Virus record (IMG/VR): IMGVR_UViG_3300017774_004628
Span: 1 to 39,529 of that record
Direction: 5' to 3' (one strand)
Source: a virus
Lineage: Duplodnaviria > Caudoviricetes
Length of the DNA: 39,529 bases
Shown one piece after another: positions 1 to 10,703 of the stretch. The notes below the pieces were generated by a model. It saw only the letters and a program-made list of their open reading frames with translations, searched no databases and had not been told where the DNA came from. The position numbers and the translations under genes were made by a program. How positions within the stretch are numbered: position 1 is the stretch's first letter; the number at the start of each line of letters is the position of its first letter.

Positions 1-207
1 CCTATAAAAAAGTGGTATATAAAAGATAATAAGTTATTCACTCATGATCATAAGCAAATAAAATGTTTTCATTTCGTTGAAGGATTAGGAGGTCGTCCAC
101 TAGAGAAATTTAATTATCTTATTCAAGATTTTAAATTAAATTGGTTTAATAAAGAAACTATACAGTTTTTTAAAGAGCAATGTAATTGTAATACATTTTT
201 CAAATAA
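1..207 (+). CDS. 3' end of a gene truncated by the window edge (hypothetical, probably part of the glycan cluster)
   Basis: Frame 1 is open from base 1 (PIKKWYIKD...CFHFVEG...TFFK) to TAA at 205-207; it lies directly upstream of the cluster. Confidence 0.6.
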   Translation, partial: PIKKWYIKDNKLFTHDHKQIKCFHFVEGLGGRPLEKFNYLIQDFKLNWFNKETIQFFKEQCNCNTFFK

Positions 208-241
208 ACTACGCTAACACAATAATCTATAATAATATAGT

Positions 242-2113
242 ATGAATATAATTATCCCAATTGGCGGAATAGGAAAGAGGTTTAAAGATGAAGGATATGA
301 AATGCCTAAACCACTGATTAATGTTTTAGGAAAACCTATGATATATAGAGTAATTGAAAATCTAAAATTGGATTATTCAAATGATAAGATTTATATTGTA
401 TATCATAATCATCTTAAAGAATTTAATTTTGAAACTTTAATTAAATTTTATTTTCCAAATATAAACATATCATTTATTTCTCTTGATTTCATAACTAAAG
501 GCGCATCAGAAACTGTCTTACAAGCATTAAAAATATTTACCGAAGAACAATTAAAAGAAAATGTTTTACTATTGGATTGCGATACATTTTACACAGATGA
601 TATAATTGGACTTTATAAAGGTTCTCAAAATAAAAATTTAGTATTTTACTTCAAAGATACAGAACAGCGACCTATTTTTTCTTACATAAAAACTATTGGG
701 GATAAAGTTATAGAAATAAAAGAGAAAATTAAAATATCTGATAATGCTAATACTGGTGCATATGGATTTGAATCAGGAGAAGATTTGAAATATTATTGTG
801 AAAAATTAAATAATGTTTCTGGAAAAGAATTATACACATCCTGTGTATATGAAGAAATGTTAAATGATAGTAAAGATGTCTATGGTTGTGAGATAGAAAA
901 TTTTAATTGTGTTGGAACGCCATTGCAATTGAAAATATATTGCAATAAGAATAAAAATTATGCAAATAATTTAAGGGTATGCTTTGATTTAGATAATACA
1001 CTTGTAACGCACCCAACCATATCAGCCGACTATACATCGGTATTACCAATTCATAGAAATATAGAGTTTTTAAAGTTATTAAAAAAGTTGGGAAATACTA
1101 TTATAATTTACACAGCCAGACGTATGAAAACCCACAAAGGAAATGTTGGAGCTATAATAGCGGATATAGGTAAAATAACTTTTGATACTCTTGATAAATT
1201 TGAAATACCATACGATGAAATTCATTTTGGAAAACCATATGCTAATTTTTATATAGATGATTTAGCTGTAAATGCAAATTTTGCTTTAGATAAAGCAATA
1301 GGTATTTATAACACCGATACACCATCTAGAAGTTTTAATAAGGTTGAGTATGATAAAAAAATAGTTACAAAGCATACATCAAATGCAGGAGAAGTTTATT
1401 GGTATAATAACATACCATCCGGTATTGAAAATTATTTTCCAAATGTAATCACAGCCGATAATAATAAAATAGTAATGGAATACATAGAAGGTATTAACTA
1501 TTCCTATTTGTATACAAATGAGTTATTGAAATTTTCAGACATAGATAAACTGAATATTTCATTGAGTAAAATACATTCTTGTAAAAATGATGATATTCAG
1601 AAAATTGATATTTACAAAAATTACAATGATAAAATTATAAAAAGATATAAAGAAAATACTGAATTGTATAAAAAATATCAAATTGATGAATTCAGATTTG
1701 CATTCATACAATTTTTTAATCATTATGAAAAAAATAAATTAGGTATTCCATCAGTAATACATGGTGATACTGTGTTTACCAATATTCTACAAACCAAAAC
1801 TGGCATAAAGTTTATTGATATGCGCGGTAAGCAAGGCAATATTAATACAATATATGGTGATAAATTTTATGATTATGCAAAAATATACCAATCTATAATA
1901 GGATATGATTTTATATTGAATAATATTGAAATAAATTATTCTTATGTTAATAGTTTAAAAAATTATTTTGAATCATTATTCACTAAAGAAGAATTAACAA
2001 TTATAAAATGGATCACAAGTAGTTTACTATATACATTATTGCCTTTGCATGATGAAGAAGAAGAAAAATTTATAAAATATATAAAAGTAATGTACGAATT
2101 ACAAAATAATTAA
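242..2113 (+). CDS. Three-domain protein: sugar-phosphate nucleotidyltransferase + HAD phosphatase (capsule-biosynthesis type) + APH/choline-kinase-like phosphotransferase
   Basis: N-term IPIGGIGKRF..PKPLI and LLLDCD; middle FDLDNT, YTARRM, KPYANFYIDD; C-term IHGDTVFTN, FIDMRG, DYAK. Confidence 0.85.
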   Translation: MNIIIPIGGIGKRFKDEGYEMPKPLINVLGKPMIYRVIENLKLDYSNDKIYIVYHNHLKEFNFETLIKFYFPNINISFISLDFITKGASETVLQALKIFTEEQLKENVLLLDCDTFYTDDIIGLYKGSQNKNLVFYFKDTEQRPIFSYIKTIGDKVIEIKEKIKISDNANTGAYGFESGEDLKYYCEKLNNVSGKELYTSCVYEEMLNDSKDVYGCEIENFNCVGTPLQLKIYCNKNKNYANNLRVCFDLDNTLVTHPTISADYTSVLPIHRNIEFLKLLKKLGNTIIIYTARRMKTHKGNVGAIIADIGKITFDTLDKFEIPYDEIHFGKPYANFYIDDLAVNANFALDKAIGIYNTDTPSRSFNKVEYDKKIVTKHTSNAGEVYWYNNIPSGIENYFPNVITADNNKIVMEYIEGINYSYLYTNELLKFSDIDKLNISLSKIHSCKNDDIQKIDIYKNYNDKIIKRYKENTELYKKYQIDEFRFAFIQFFNHYEKNKLGIPSVIHGDTVFTNILQTKTGIKFIDMRGKQGNINTIYGDKFYDYAKIYQSIIGYDFILNNIEINYSYVNSLKNYFESLFTKEELTIIKWITSSLLYTLLPLHDEEEEKFIKYIKVMYELQNN

Positions 2114-2167
2114 TTCATTATAGATGTGATCAATTAGCAAAATAAAAAATAGAATAAAATAAGTTAT

Positions 2168-3292
2168 ATGAACTATATTAAAAGAGATAAAGACATAATT
2201 ACTGGTAAATCAGATTTAGAGTTATTATATAGCATTAAGAAATTCCCTGTTTTTATGGGATGTACAAATCAACCTTATGAAAAAGATTTATATGCAGATA
2301 TGAATTGGTATATAAGCCCATCCTCAGGAATGATACAATTAGATCCATTATTATCATTAGATGTTATATATTCTGAAGATCATGGTTCAGGCACTATTGG
2401 AAATATATGGAATGAGCATCATAATTCATTTTATGAATTTATTAAGCAAAATAAAAATATAAAATCTGTACTTGAAATAGGAGGATCAAATGGAAATCTC
2501 GCTAAAAAGTGTTTAGAAACCATGGATATTAATTGGAAAATAGTAGAACCAAATCCTAAAATTGAACAACATAACAATATAGAAATTATAAAACAATTTT
2601 TTGATGATAAATTTAAATCTAATGAAAAATATGATGCTATAATTCATTCTCACGTATTAGAACACGTATATGATCCTATAATGTTTATGAATCATATCTC
2701 TAATTTTATGAAAAAAGATTCACTACTAATAATGTCAGTTCCTAATTTAAAAGAAATGTTATATAGAAAATACACAAATTGTTTAAATTTTGAACATACT
2801 TATTTTGCAAGCGAAGATTATATAAAATATTTTTTACACATACTTGGATATAAATTATTAAAAATTGAATATTTTAGAGAAGATCATAGCATATTTTTCT
2901 GCGCTAAAAAAACGAGTTCGAAAAATAAAAAAACTTCTAACTTAGAAAAAATATATTTAGAAAATAAAAAATTATTTATTAATTACATAAATTACCATAA
3001 GAAATTAATTAAAAAAATAAATGCATTAGAAGAAAATGTATATCTGTTTGGAGCGCATATATTTTCCCAATATATATTAAAATTTGGATTAAACAATGAT
3101 AAAATAATAAACATATTAGATAACGACCCGAATAAACAAGGTAAAAGATTATATGGAACCAATATCCTTGTTAAATCTCCAGATATTCTTGCAAAAGAAA
3201 AATCTCCTATTGTAATATTAAAAGCTGGAATGTATAATGATGAAATAAGACAACAGATAATTAATATTAGTTCAAATGTAAAATTTATATGA
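2168..3292 (+). CDS. Class I SAM methyltransferase, NDP-sugar C-methyltransferase-like
   Basis: LEIGGSNG, HSHVLEH, SVPN, FEHTYF; C-terminal domain GAH...LDNDPNKQGKRLYGT. Confidence 0.8.
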   Translation: MNYIKRDKDIITGKSDLELLYSIKKFPVFMGCTNQPYEKDLYADMNWYISPSSGMIQLDPLLSLDVIYSEDHGSGTIGNIWNEHHNSFYEFIKQNKNIKSVLEIGGSNGNLAKKCLETMDINWKIVEPNPKIEQHNNIEIIKQFFDDKFKSNEKYDAIIHSHVLEHVYDPIMFMNHISNFMKKDSLLIMSVPNLKEMLYRKYTNCLNFEHTYFASEDYIKYFLHILGYKLLKIEYFREDHSIFFCAKKTSSKNKKTSNLEKIYLENKKLFINYINYHKKLIKKINALEENVYLFGAHIFSQYILKFGLNNDKIINILDNDPNKQGKRLYGTNILVKSPDILAKEKSPIVILKAGMYNDEIRQQIINISSNVKFI

Positions 3293-5013
3293 AAAAAGAA
3301 AAAACAGAATCCACATCAAATAAAAAAAATAGATTTAGAATAATAATAGCTTCTTATAATAATGAAGATTGGGCAGAATACAATATTGTAAGCATACTAA
3401 ATCAAACATACGATAATTATCATGTTACGTACGTAGACGATTGTTCTACAGATAATACGTATGAAATAGTTCATAATCTTGTAAAAGATAACGACAAATT
3501 CGCAATAATTAAAAATGAAAAAAATATTGGCGCAGATGGCGAAGCGATACTTAATTATACTAGATTTTTTGATTCATTAGAAGATGATGATATTTTTGTT
3601 GATATAAGCGGAGACGATTGGTTATTTGATGAAAGTGTTTTAGAAAATCTTAATAATTTCTATAATGATAAAGATTTGTGGATGTCGTATGGAGGTTTTT
3701 ATGCTTACAATGGATCAGATTCTCTAACTATTGCGAATCCACAAAATACAGAATATCCTGAATTTATCACTAAACACAAATTATATAGGAGAGATGTTTG
3801 GAGAGCTGGTCATTTAAGAACAATGAAAGGTTTTTTATTGAAAGCAATGGATATAAAAGATATTGTATCAAAAATAGATAATAGACCATTTTATCACGCT
3901 CCCGATTTAGCTGTGTCTTTTCCTTGTTTGGAAATGTGTCCTCCAGAGAAAATAGGCGTAGTAGACTTTCCAACTTATGTGTGGAATGCAAGTGATAAAT
4001 GCCAAGTTAGAACTCATAAAAGAGAGACTGCAGATAATATGAAGTATGAAGTGGAAATTAGAAATAGAAAAAAATATAAAGAAGGATTGTCTGGAGAAAA
4101 ATTGCCACAGGTGAATGTTTTTCCTGTTGATTACTATCTAGAATATTTAGATATTCCAAAAAAATTTTCTTATTGTTATGGTCAATTGATTGGAGAATAT
4201 GATATGGTATTACTTGCTGATTGGGCAATATTAGAATATATAGAAGGAAAAATTTCAATAGATAAAAAAGTTCCTATTATCGCAAGACTATTTGAGCAAA
4301 AAGATTATTTCGAAAGAAAAATATATAATGCTGTACTTGAAAATTATGATAAATTTGATGTAGTATTAACTTTTGATAAGGATCTATTACAAAAAATACC
4401 GAATGCAAGATTTATACCACCATTCCTAATAACTGAATTCAATAGATTACCGAATCCTGGAAATCATCCGCCTCTGAAATCATCTTTGTTAGACACATAT
4501 GAACTTCCAAAAGACGCTCTTAAAATATATGATAAAACAAAACTTGTATCATGCGTAGCATCAAGAAAAGCATTTTTACCAGGACACATAAAAAGACTTA
4601 ATTTTATAGAGTCAATAAAAAATAGAGTTGATTTATTTGGAAGAGGCATAAGAGAAATACCTAGTAAATTAGATGCTCTTAGAGATTATATGTTTAGCGT
4701 AGCCATAGAAAATGTTTCTTGCGATGATTATTACTTTACAGAAAAGATCACTGAATGCTTTTTAGCTGGAACTATTCCTATATATCATGGATGTCCAAAT
4801 ATAGGGAAATTCTTTGACGAAAGAGGGATATTATATTTCAATAATGAAGAAGAGCTTCACGATATCATAAATAGTTTGAGTAAAGAGAAATATGATTCTA
4901 TGTTAGAATATGCAAAAATAAACTTTCAAAAGTGTTTTGATTTCCCCATATTCAGTGATGATTTATACGATAAATACTATAAAAAAATAATAGAAGATGG
5001 TACTACTATATAA
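3289..5013 (+). CDS. Bifunctional glycosyltransferase: GT2 (N-term) + GT10-like (C-term)
   Basis: IIASYN, YVDDCSTD, SGDDW; C-term YMFSVAIEN, YFTEKITECFLAGTIPIYHG. Confidence 0.85.
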   Translation: MKKEKTESTSNKKNRFRIIIASYNNEDWAEYNIVSILNQTYDNYHVTYVDDCSTDNTYEIVHNLVKDNDKFAIIKNEKNIGADGEAILNYTRFFDSLEDDDIFVDISGDDWLFDESVLENLNNFYNDKDLWMSYGGFYAYNGSDSLTIANPQNTEYPEFITKHKLYRRDVWRAGHLRTMKGFLLKAMDIKDIVSKIDNRPFYHAPDLAVSFPCLEMCPPEKIGVVDFPTYVWNASDKCQVRTHKRETADNMKYEVEIRNRKKYKEGLSGEKLPQVNVFPVDYYLEYLDIPKKFSYCYGQLIGEYDMVLLADWAILEYIEGKISIDKKVPIIARLFEQKDYFERKIYNAVLENYDKFDVVLTFDKDLLQKIPNARFIPPFLITEFNRLPNPGNHPPLKSSLLDTYELPKDALKIYDKTKLVSCVASRKAFLPGHIKRLNFIESIKNRVDLFGRGIREIPSKLDALRDYMFSVAIENVSCDDYYFTEKITECFLAGTIPIYHGCPNIGKFFDERGILYFNNEEELHDIINSLSKEKYDSMLEYAKINFQKCFDFPIFSDDLYDKYYKKIIEDGTTI

Positions 5014-6145
5014 TGTATATTTGATTAACTCATCAGCCAATCCGCATATTAATTTACAAAGAGGATTTTTAAAATATTTTGATAAAGTAGATGTAGCTAA
5101 ATACTCTCTTTCTAGTTTATCCTATGCGTATAATTGGAAAAGAGCGATTATAAATGTAGAATTTTCAAAAGAATATGAACATAGAAAAGAAGAGTTTGAA
5201 TCATATGTAAGACAACTATTTAAAGATACAGATTTGGTATTTTCATTCAAAAGAAATATATGTCAAGAAGATTGGATAGAAACATATAATGAAATTAATG
5301 ATGAAGTCATACTATATTTAGGTAATCATGATCATATTTTTATTGATAGTTCTACAGAACATTTAAATGAATTAGTAGAACATTTTAAAAAGAACATAGA
5401 AAAAAATCCAAGCATAATTGTAAGTCATTGGTTAGAGAACATAAGACTTTGTAAATCTGGTTATATAGAATTAAACGAGTATTCTCCAAGAAAATTAAAT
5501 AATAATTATGAAATTAATAAAGATTATGCGAGCTATAATTCTTCTTGTATAGATAGTCTATTAATAATAAATAAAAATCTATATAAAGCTTGGTTTTTAG
5601 AAGATCAATGGAATAAAGATATGCTAGTTCCAAGAACAGATGGTATAGGACGTCATAGCATACTAACAATAAAGAATTATTTTGGAAAATCCTTGCCTAT
5701 TCAATTTATGATATGTCCAATGAAAGAATTATTTAGACATTTCGATGGATATATGCATCAAAATATAACTAATAATATATGTCCGTCTTTGATAATTCCA
5801 GATGGTTTCTTTGAAAATGATATAAAAGTAAGATATGGATATGACGATAGAAAATATGGATGGATTAATATTAATCCAAAAATAGAAAACTACTATGCAT
5901 ATGATAATATCGGTACAGATGATAAAATAACTTTAGAGGACATACCACTATTTTGGAAAAATAAAATAAGTGAAATAGATATATGTCCTAACATAGACGA
6001 AGAAGAACTTATTAGATATAGACTACAATCAATTTTAAAAATGGTATATTTTGATGAGAGATATAATCCATATATAGATCAAGAGGTAGAAAATTTCATA
6101 CTTAATAAATATTTAGAAAATTATAAACAATATTCATTATATTAA
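4997..6145 (+). CDS. Hypothetical protein, possibly a divergent GT-A fold
   Basis: 382-aa ORF overlapping the upstream gene in the cluster; NHDHIFID and RHFDGY motifs only. Confidence 0.55.
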   Translation: MVLLYNVYLINSSANPHINLQRGFLKYFDKVDVAKYSLSSLSYAYNWKRAIINVEFSKEYEHRKEEFESYVRQLFKDTDLVFSFKRNICQEDWIETYNEINDEVILYLGNHDHIFIDSSTEHLNELVEHFKKNIEKNPSIIVSHWLENIRLCKSGYIELNEYSPRKLNNNYEINKDYASYNSSCIDSLLIINKNLYKAWFLEDQWNKDMLVPRTDGIGRHSILTIKNYFGKSLPIQFMICPMKELFRHFDGYMHQNITNNICPSLIIPDGFFENDIKVRYGYDDRKYGWININPKIENYYAYDNIGTDDKITLEDIPLFWKNKISEIDICPNIDEEELIRYRLQSILKMVYFDERYNPYIDQEVENFILNKYLENYKQYSLY

Positions 6146-6163
6146 AACATAATAAAGACATAG

Positions 6164-7117
6164 ATGAAAAAAAGGTTAGTGATATCAGATATATATAGAG
6201 CTAAAAATAAGAGCGCATTTTTCGCTATGCATCAAGCTGTAACTGTTTTACATGATTTTGATATAGAGTTTCATATATTATGGGACGATATAAATTATAG
6301 AGACGAATGGACAGATAAAATTGATTCTTTTGGTTTTAATTTAGTTTCATATACTAAAAAACAATTAGATGAGTATTGTCTAAATTACGGTATATCTCAA
6401 GACATAGTAGATAAGTTTCCAAATTTTTGGGCTATATATTGTATAATACATGCACATTATTTGAAATCTAATAATATTTGCAACTATTATTTAATTTATG
6501 ATGATGATATAATTTTAAGAGAAGATCTTAAAGATTTTAAGTATTGTTTAGAAAACGAAATACCGTGCCTATTATATGAACCGCTTAATAGCAATTGTGA
6601 TAAATCAATGGCTAATTTATTATTTTCTATGTATGAAAATTCTTTAGATTATTATCAAAGTATTAATCCGAGATTATATGGTTTTAATGCAGGTATACAA
6701 GGCATAAGTTTAGATATGTATGAAGATTTTTTAGAGCCAGAATATTTCAATCTCTTATTAAATCTTTTTAATTATAAAAGTATAAAAGATTCTGAAGGTA
6801 AAGAAATAACTGGTCCTGAAAGATTTTTAATTGAAACTCAAGAACAATCTTTTATAAGCATTATGAATATAATAAGATCAAAAAAAATCCCAATCATCTT
6901 AAAAGAAGAGAAATATTTCGTTTGTCCAAATTGGGGAAATCACCCGATATACGGAGAGATCGATCCAATAAATGAGTTTGATGGATGGGACGTTAGTATG
7001 AAATCTAACATAGTTCATTTCATAGGTCATACTTTTTTAAATGGTATTTACTATGGAAAACCAAAAATGTATCATAAATTAGTTGATGAATATTTAAAAA
7101 AACAAAATATAATATGA
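6164..7117 (+). CDS. Putative GT-A (GT8-like) glycosyltransferase
   Basis: YLIYDDD (DxD), GFNAG, EQS and IVHFIG appear in GT8-like order. Confidence 0.6.
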   Translation: MKKRLVISDIYRAKNKSAFFAMHQAVTVLHDFDIEFHILWDDINYRDEWTDKIDSFGFNLVSYTKKQLDEYCLNYGISQDIVDKFPNFWAIYCIIHAHYLKSNNICNYYLIYDDDIILREDLKDFKYCLENEIPCLLYEPLNSNCDKSMANLLFSMYENSLDYYQSINPRLYGFNAGIQGISLDMYEDFLEPEYFNLLLNLFNYKSIKDSEGKEITGPERFLIETQEQSFISIMNIIRSKKIPIILKEEKYFVCPNWGNHPIYGEIDPINEFDGWDVSMKSNIVHFIGHTFLNGIYYGKPKMYHKLVDEYLKKQNII

Positions 7118-8070
7118 CAAAAGTAGTTTACATAACTGGATGTTTAGGTTTTATAGGATCATATGTAACCCGAGCATGTTTAGAAAAAGGCTGGTATGTT
7201 AAAGGAGTTGATAAAATAACGTATGCCGCGAACAAAGCCCTTTTATCAGAGTTTAGAAAAAATAAAAATTTTTCATTTGTACACTGCGATATAAATGAAT
7301 TAAAGTTTTTGTATGATTGTGATTATATTATAAATACGGCTGCTGAAACTCATGTTGGTAATAGTATAGCTAGTAGCGCTGAATTCGTTAGATCAAATAT
7401 AGATGGGGTACATAATATATTAGAACTAATTAAAAACCATCGAGGAGAAAATTTAAGCAAACCTACGCTAATACATTTTAGTACAGATGAAGTTTATGGA
7501 GATATTGAATCAGGAGCTCATATAGAAACCGATACTCTAAAACCGAGTAATCCATATTCAGCAACTAAAGCTGCTGCAGATATGCTCGTAATAGCTTGGG
7601 GAAGAACCCATAATGTTCCATATATCATAGTGAGACCAACCAATAATTACGGAATTGGTCAATATGTAGAGAAATTAATTCCAAAAGCTGTTAAGTGTTT
7701 GAATTTAGGTCGTAAAATACCTCTTCATAATAATGGAGAACCATATAGAAACTGGTTACATGCTGAAGATACTGCTGCAGCTATTATAACATTAATTGAA
7801 AAAGGAACAATAGGACAAATATATAACATAGCTGGAGGATTCGAACAGAAAAATATAGACACTGTGAAACAAATCATCGAGTGTTATAAAGAAAATAATC
7901 AAGAATCATACTCAGATCACATAGATTTTTTTTATGATAGACCAGGTCAAGACGTTAGATATGCTTTAGATGATTCTAAATTGAGATCTTTAGGTTGGTT
8001 ACCAAAAACAAATTTTGTAAAAGAAATAAAAAATATCGTAAATTATTATAAAAATAAATTCATATGGTAA
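7114..8070 (+). CDS. rmlB: dTDP-glucose 4,6-dehydratase
   Basis: TGCLGFIG, DKITYA, AAETHV, STDEVYG, PYSATKA, NNYG..Q..EKLIP, DRPGQDVRY. Confidence 0.88.
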   Translation: MTKVVYITGCLGFIGSYVTRACLEKGWYVKGVDKITYAANKALLSEFRKNKNFSFVHCDINELKFLYDCDYIINTAAETHVGNSIASSAEFVRSNIDGVHNILELIKNHRGENLSKPTLIHFSTDEVYGDIESGAHIETDTLKPSNPYSATKAAADMLVIAWGRTHNVPYIIVRPTNNYGIGQYVEKLIPKAVKCLNLGRKIPLHNNGEPYRNWLHAEDTAAAIITLIEKGTIGQIYNIAGGFEQKNIDTVKQIIECYKENNQESYSDHIDFFYDRPGQDVRYALDDSKLRSLGWLPKTNFVKEIKNIVNYYKNKFIW

Positions 8071-8684
8071 ATTTAAAAAAGAGGCTTTTAGAAATTGCTT
8101 TTAAAAATAAACTAGGTCATTTAGGCAGTTATTTTTCTAGTCTTGAAATAATTGATGAAATATATTCAAAAATGGAAAAAGACGATATATTCATATTGTC
8201 TGCTGGACATTGTGCATTAGCGCTATATGTTGTATTAGAAAAATATTTCGGAATAAACGCTGAAGAATTATTTGAGAAACATGGAGGACATCCTCATAGA
8301 GATGAAATAAATAAAATACATTGTTCAACTGGAAGTTTAGGACTCGGAATAACTGTTGCTTTAGGTAGAGCTATAGCTAATAAAAATAGAAAAGTATGGG
8401 TTTTAATAAGCGATGGAGAGAGCGCAGAAGGTAGTGTATGGGAATCTTTAAAAACTATAGAAGAACAAAATATAAAAAACATAAAAGTATTTGTAAACAT
8501 AAATGGTTATGCCGCATATAGAGAAGTAGATGTTCAGTATATGACAGATAGATTAGTAACGTTTCATCCATCTATAAACTTAAGATATACGTCTGTAGAA
8601 CAGTTTGACTTTTTGAAAGGACTGAATGCACACTATCATGTAATGAATCAAGAAAATTTTGAAAACGCTTTAAAAAGTATATAA
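8064..8684 (+). CDS. Transketolase-like N-terminal (ThDP-binding) subunit
   Basis: GHLGS, LSAGH, GHP, STGSLGLG, SDGESAEGSVWES...N. Confidence 0.85.
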   Translation: MVNLKKRLLEIAFKNKLGHLGSYFSSLEIIDEIYSKMEKDDIFILSAGHCALALYVVLEKYFGINAEELFEKHGGHPHRDEINKIHCSTGSLGLGITVALGRAIANKNRKVWVLISDGESAEGSVWESLKTIEEQNIKNIKVFVNINGYAAYREVDVQYMTDRLVTFHPSINLRYTSVEQFDFLKGLNAHYHVMNQENFENALKSI

Positions 8685-9160
8685 TGAGAAAAGATTTCGC
8701 ACAGTTGTTATTTGACGAAATGTCAAAAAATCAAGACATATATCTTATAACAGGAGATTTAGGTTATGGCCTTTGGGATAAAATAAGAGATACATATCCA
8801 GATAGATTCTATAATGTAGGATCTTCAGAAATGGTTATGATGGGAATTGGAGTAGGATTAGCAATGGAAGGAAAAATACCTTTTGTATATTCAATAACTC
8901 CTTTTGCTATATATAGACCATTTGAAATGATTAGAAATTATTTAGATCATGAAAAAATTCCTGTTAATATTATAGGAGGAGGAAGAGATCGAGATTATGG
9001 ATATTTAGGTTTTTCTCATTGGTCCGAAGATGATAAAAGAATAATGAGTGTTTTTGATAATGTTAAAACGTTCCATCCAAAAGATCAATTAGAATTGGAA
9101 GAATCATTCAATTATAGTTTGAAAAAAGAATTAGCTACATATATAAATCTAAAACGATGA
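8684..9160 (+). CDS. Transketolase-like pyrimidine-binding subunit (no C-terminal domain)
   Basis: TGDLG, RFYNVGSSE, GLAMEG, RPFEMIR, GFSH; TAATG overlap with the upstream gene. Confidence 0.85.
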   Translation: MRKDFAQLLFDEMSKNQDIYLITGDLGYGLWDKIRDTYPDRFYNVGSSEMVMMGIGVGLAMEGKIPFVYSITPFAIYRPFEMIRNYLDHEKIPVNIIGGGRDRDYGYLGFSHWSEDDKRIMSVFDNVKTFHPKDQLELEESFNYSLKKELATYINLKR

Positions 9161-10068
9161 GGATATTAATAACAGGAGGTAATGGTTTTTTAGGCTCTAA
9201 TTTGGTAGAACACCTAGCAGATAATAATGAGTTATTAGTTTTATCTAGAAGCGATAATAACATAAAGCATATACTAAACAAAATAAAATATATCTCAGTC
9301 AAAGAAGAAAATTATTATTTATTTGAGCAATCTATATTAGATTTTAATCCTGAGATAGTAATTCACTGTGCATGGCAAGGGGGAAATAGTTATGCTGATA
9401 TTAATAATTTAGATCAGGTGCATAAAAATGTGCCGCTTAGTTTAAGTTTATTAGAAATAATAAATAAACAACCAAACAAAGCTAAATTTATAGGATTTGG
9501 AAGTTTTGTTGAATATGGATTTTTACAAGAAAAAGCTATAGAGTCTCAAATAGAAAAACCAGTCAATTTTTATGGGCTAACTAAAAATATATTTAAAAGA
9601 ATATCTGAGTTATATTGCGAACAAAATAATATCCATTGGTTATGGATTAGACCATGTTATGTGTATGGACCTAGAGATGTTCCATCTAGATTAATTCCTA
9701 GTATAATAAATAAGATCTTAAGAAAAGAAGAACTCATTTTAAATAGCTGTGACACGATAATAGATTATATGTATATAGATGATTTTTGTAAAGCTGTAAT
9801 ACAATTAATCAATAGTCAAGCTATAGGAGTATATAATATATGTTCAGGCGAAGAATACTCATTAAAAGACATTATCACTACGATAAAAGATTGCATTGAT
9901 ACCACATATAGTATTAAATTTGATCCAGTTCTTGATAGAAAATTCTCTTCTAAATATGTTTGCGGATCAAATGCTAAATTAGTTACGGCAACTCAATTCA
10001 ATAATAGCATAAAAATAAAAGACGGAATTTTACAAACAATACAATATAATAAAAAAAATAAAATATGA
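9157..10068 (+). CDS. NAD-dependent epimerase/dehydratase/reductase (extended SDR)
   Basis: TGGNGFLG, GSFVEYG, YGLTK, YVYGP. Confidence 0.85.
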   Translation: MRILITGGNGFLGSNLVEHLADNNELLVLSRSDNNIKHILNKIKYISVKEENYYLFEQSILDFNPEIVIHCAWQGGNSYADINNLDQVHKNVPLSLSLLEIINKQPNKAKFIGFGSFVEYGFLQEKAIESQIEKPVNFYGLTKNIFKRISELYCEQNNIHWLWIRPCYVYGPRDVPSRLIPSIINKILRKEELILNSCDTIIDYMYIDDFCKAVIQLINSQAIGVYNICSGEEYSLKDIITTIKDCIDTTYSIKFDPVLDRKFSSKYVCGSNAKLVTATQFNNSIKIKDGILQTIQYNKKNKI

Positions 10069-10703
10069 AAGATTTAGTAGTTTTAAAAAATGATAAATGG
10101 TATTGGCCAAAATTAGATGAAAGTAGTTGGAAATATCAAAATGAATATAATGATTTAATAGATCATATTTTACCGTATGTAAAAAATAAAGGCATAATGG
10201 TTCAAGCAGGAGGTAACTGTGGATACTTACTTAATACATTTGTAGATTATTTTGAAACAATATATACATTCGAACCAGATCCTGTAAATTTCTATTGCTT
10301 GAATCAAAATGTAGATTCTGAAAAAGTTATAAAAATGCAATGTTGTTTAGGAGATGATGGTTTACCTGTTTCCACTCAGCAATTGATAAGAGAAGATAGA
10401 CCAAATGATACAGGAGGAGTACACATTTCTGGAATTGGAACAACGCCGTCAATAATAATAGACAACTTAAATTTACCAAGTTGTGATTTAATTCAATTAG
10501 ATATTGAAGGATATGAGTATAAAGCGTTATTAGGATGTGTTGAGACTATAAAGAAATATAAGCCCGTATTATGTATAGAATTCTGTGAAAAATGGCTCAA
10601 TAGATATAATGATAATTCAGATAAAATAATTAGTCTTCTAGAAAGTTTAGATTATCATAATGTTGAAACTCATGGAGTAGATAAAATTTTTATAAGCAAA
10701 TGA
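10065..10703 (+). CDS. FkbM-family methyltransferase
   Basis: QAGGNCG, TFEPDPVNF, LDIEGYE, KPVLCIE. Confidence 0.85.
   Translation: MKDLVVLKNDKWYWPKLDESSWKYQNEYNDLIDHILPYVKNKGIMVQAGGNCGYLLNTFVDYFETIYTFEPDPVNFYCLNQNVDSEKVIKMQCCLGDDGLPVSTQQLIREDRPNDTGGVHISGIGTTPSIIIDNLNLPSCDLIQLDIEGYEYKALLGCVETIKKYKPVLCIEFCEKWLNRYNDNSDKIISLLESLDYHNVETHGVDKIFISK

Noticed and set aside
8064-9160. Frameshifted transketolase pseudogene
   Set aside because: The split falls at the domain boundary with a clean TAATG coupling and intact motifs
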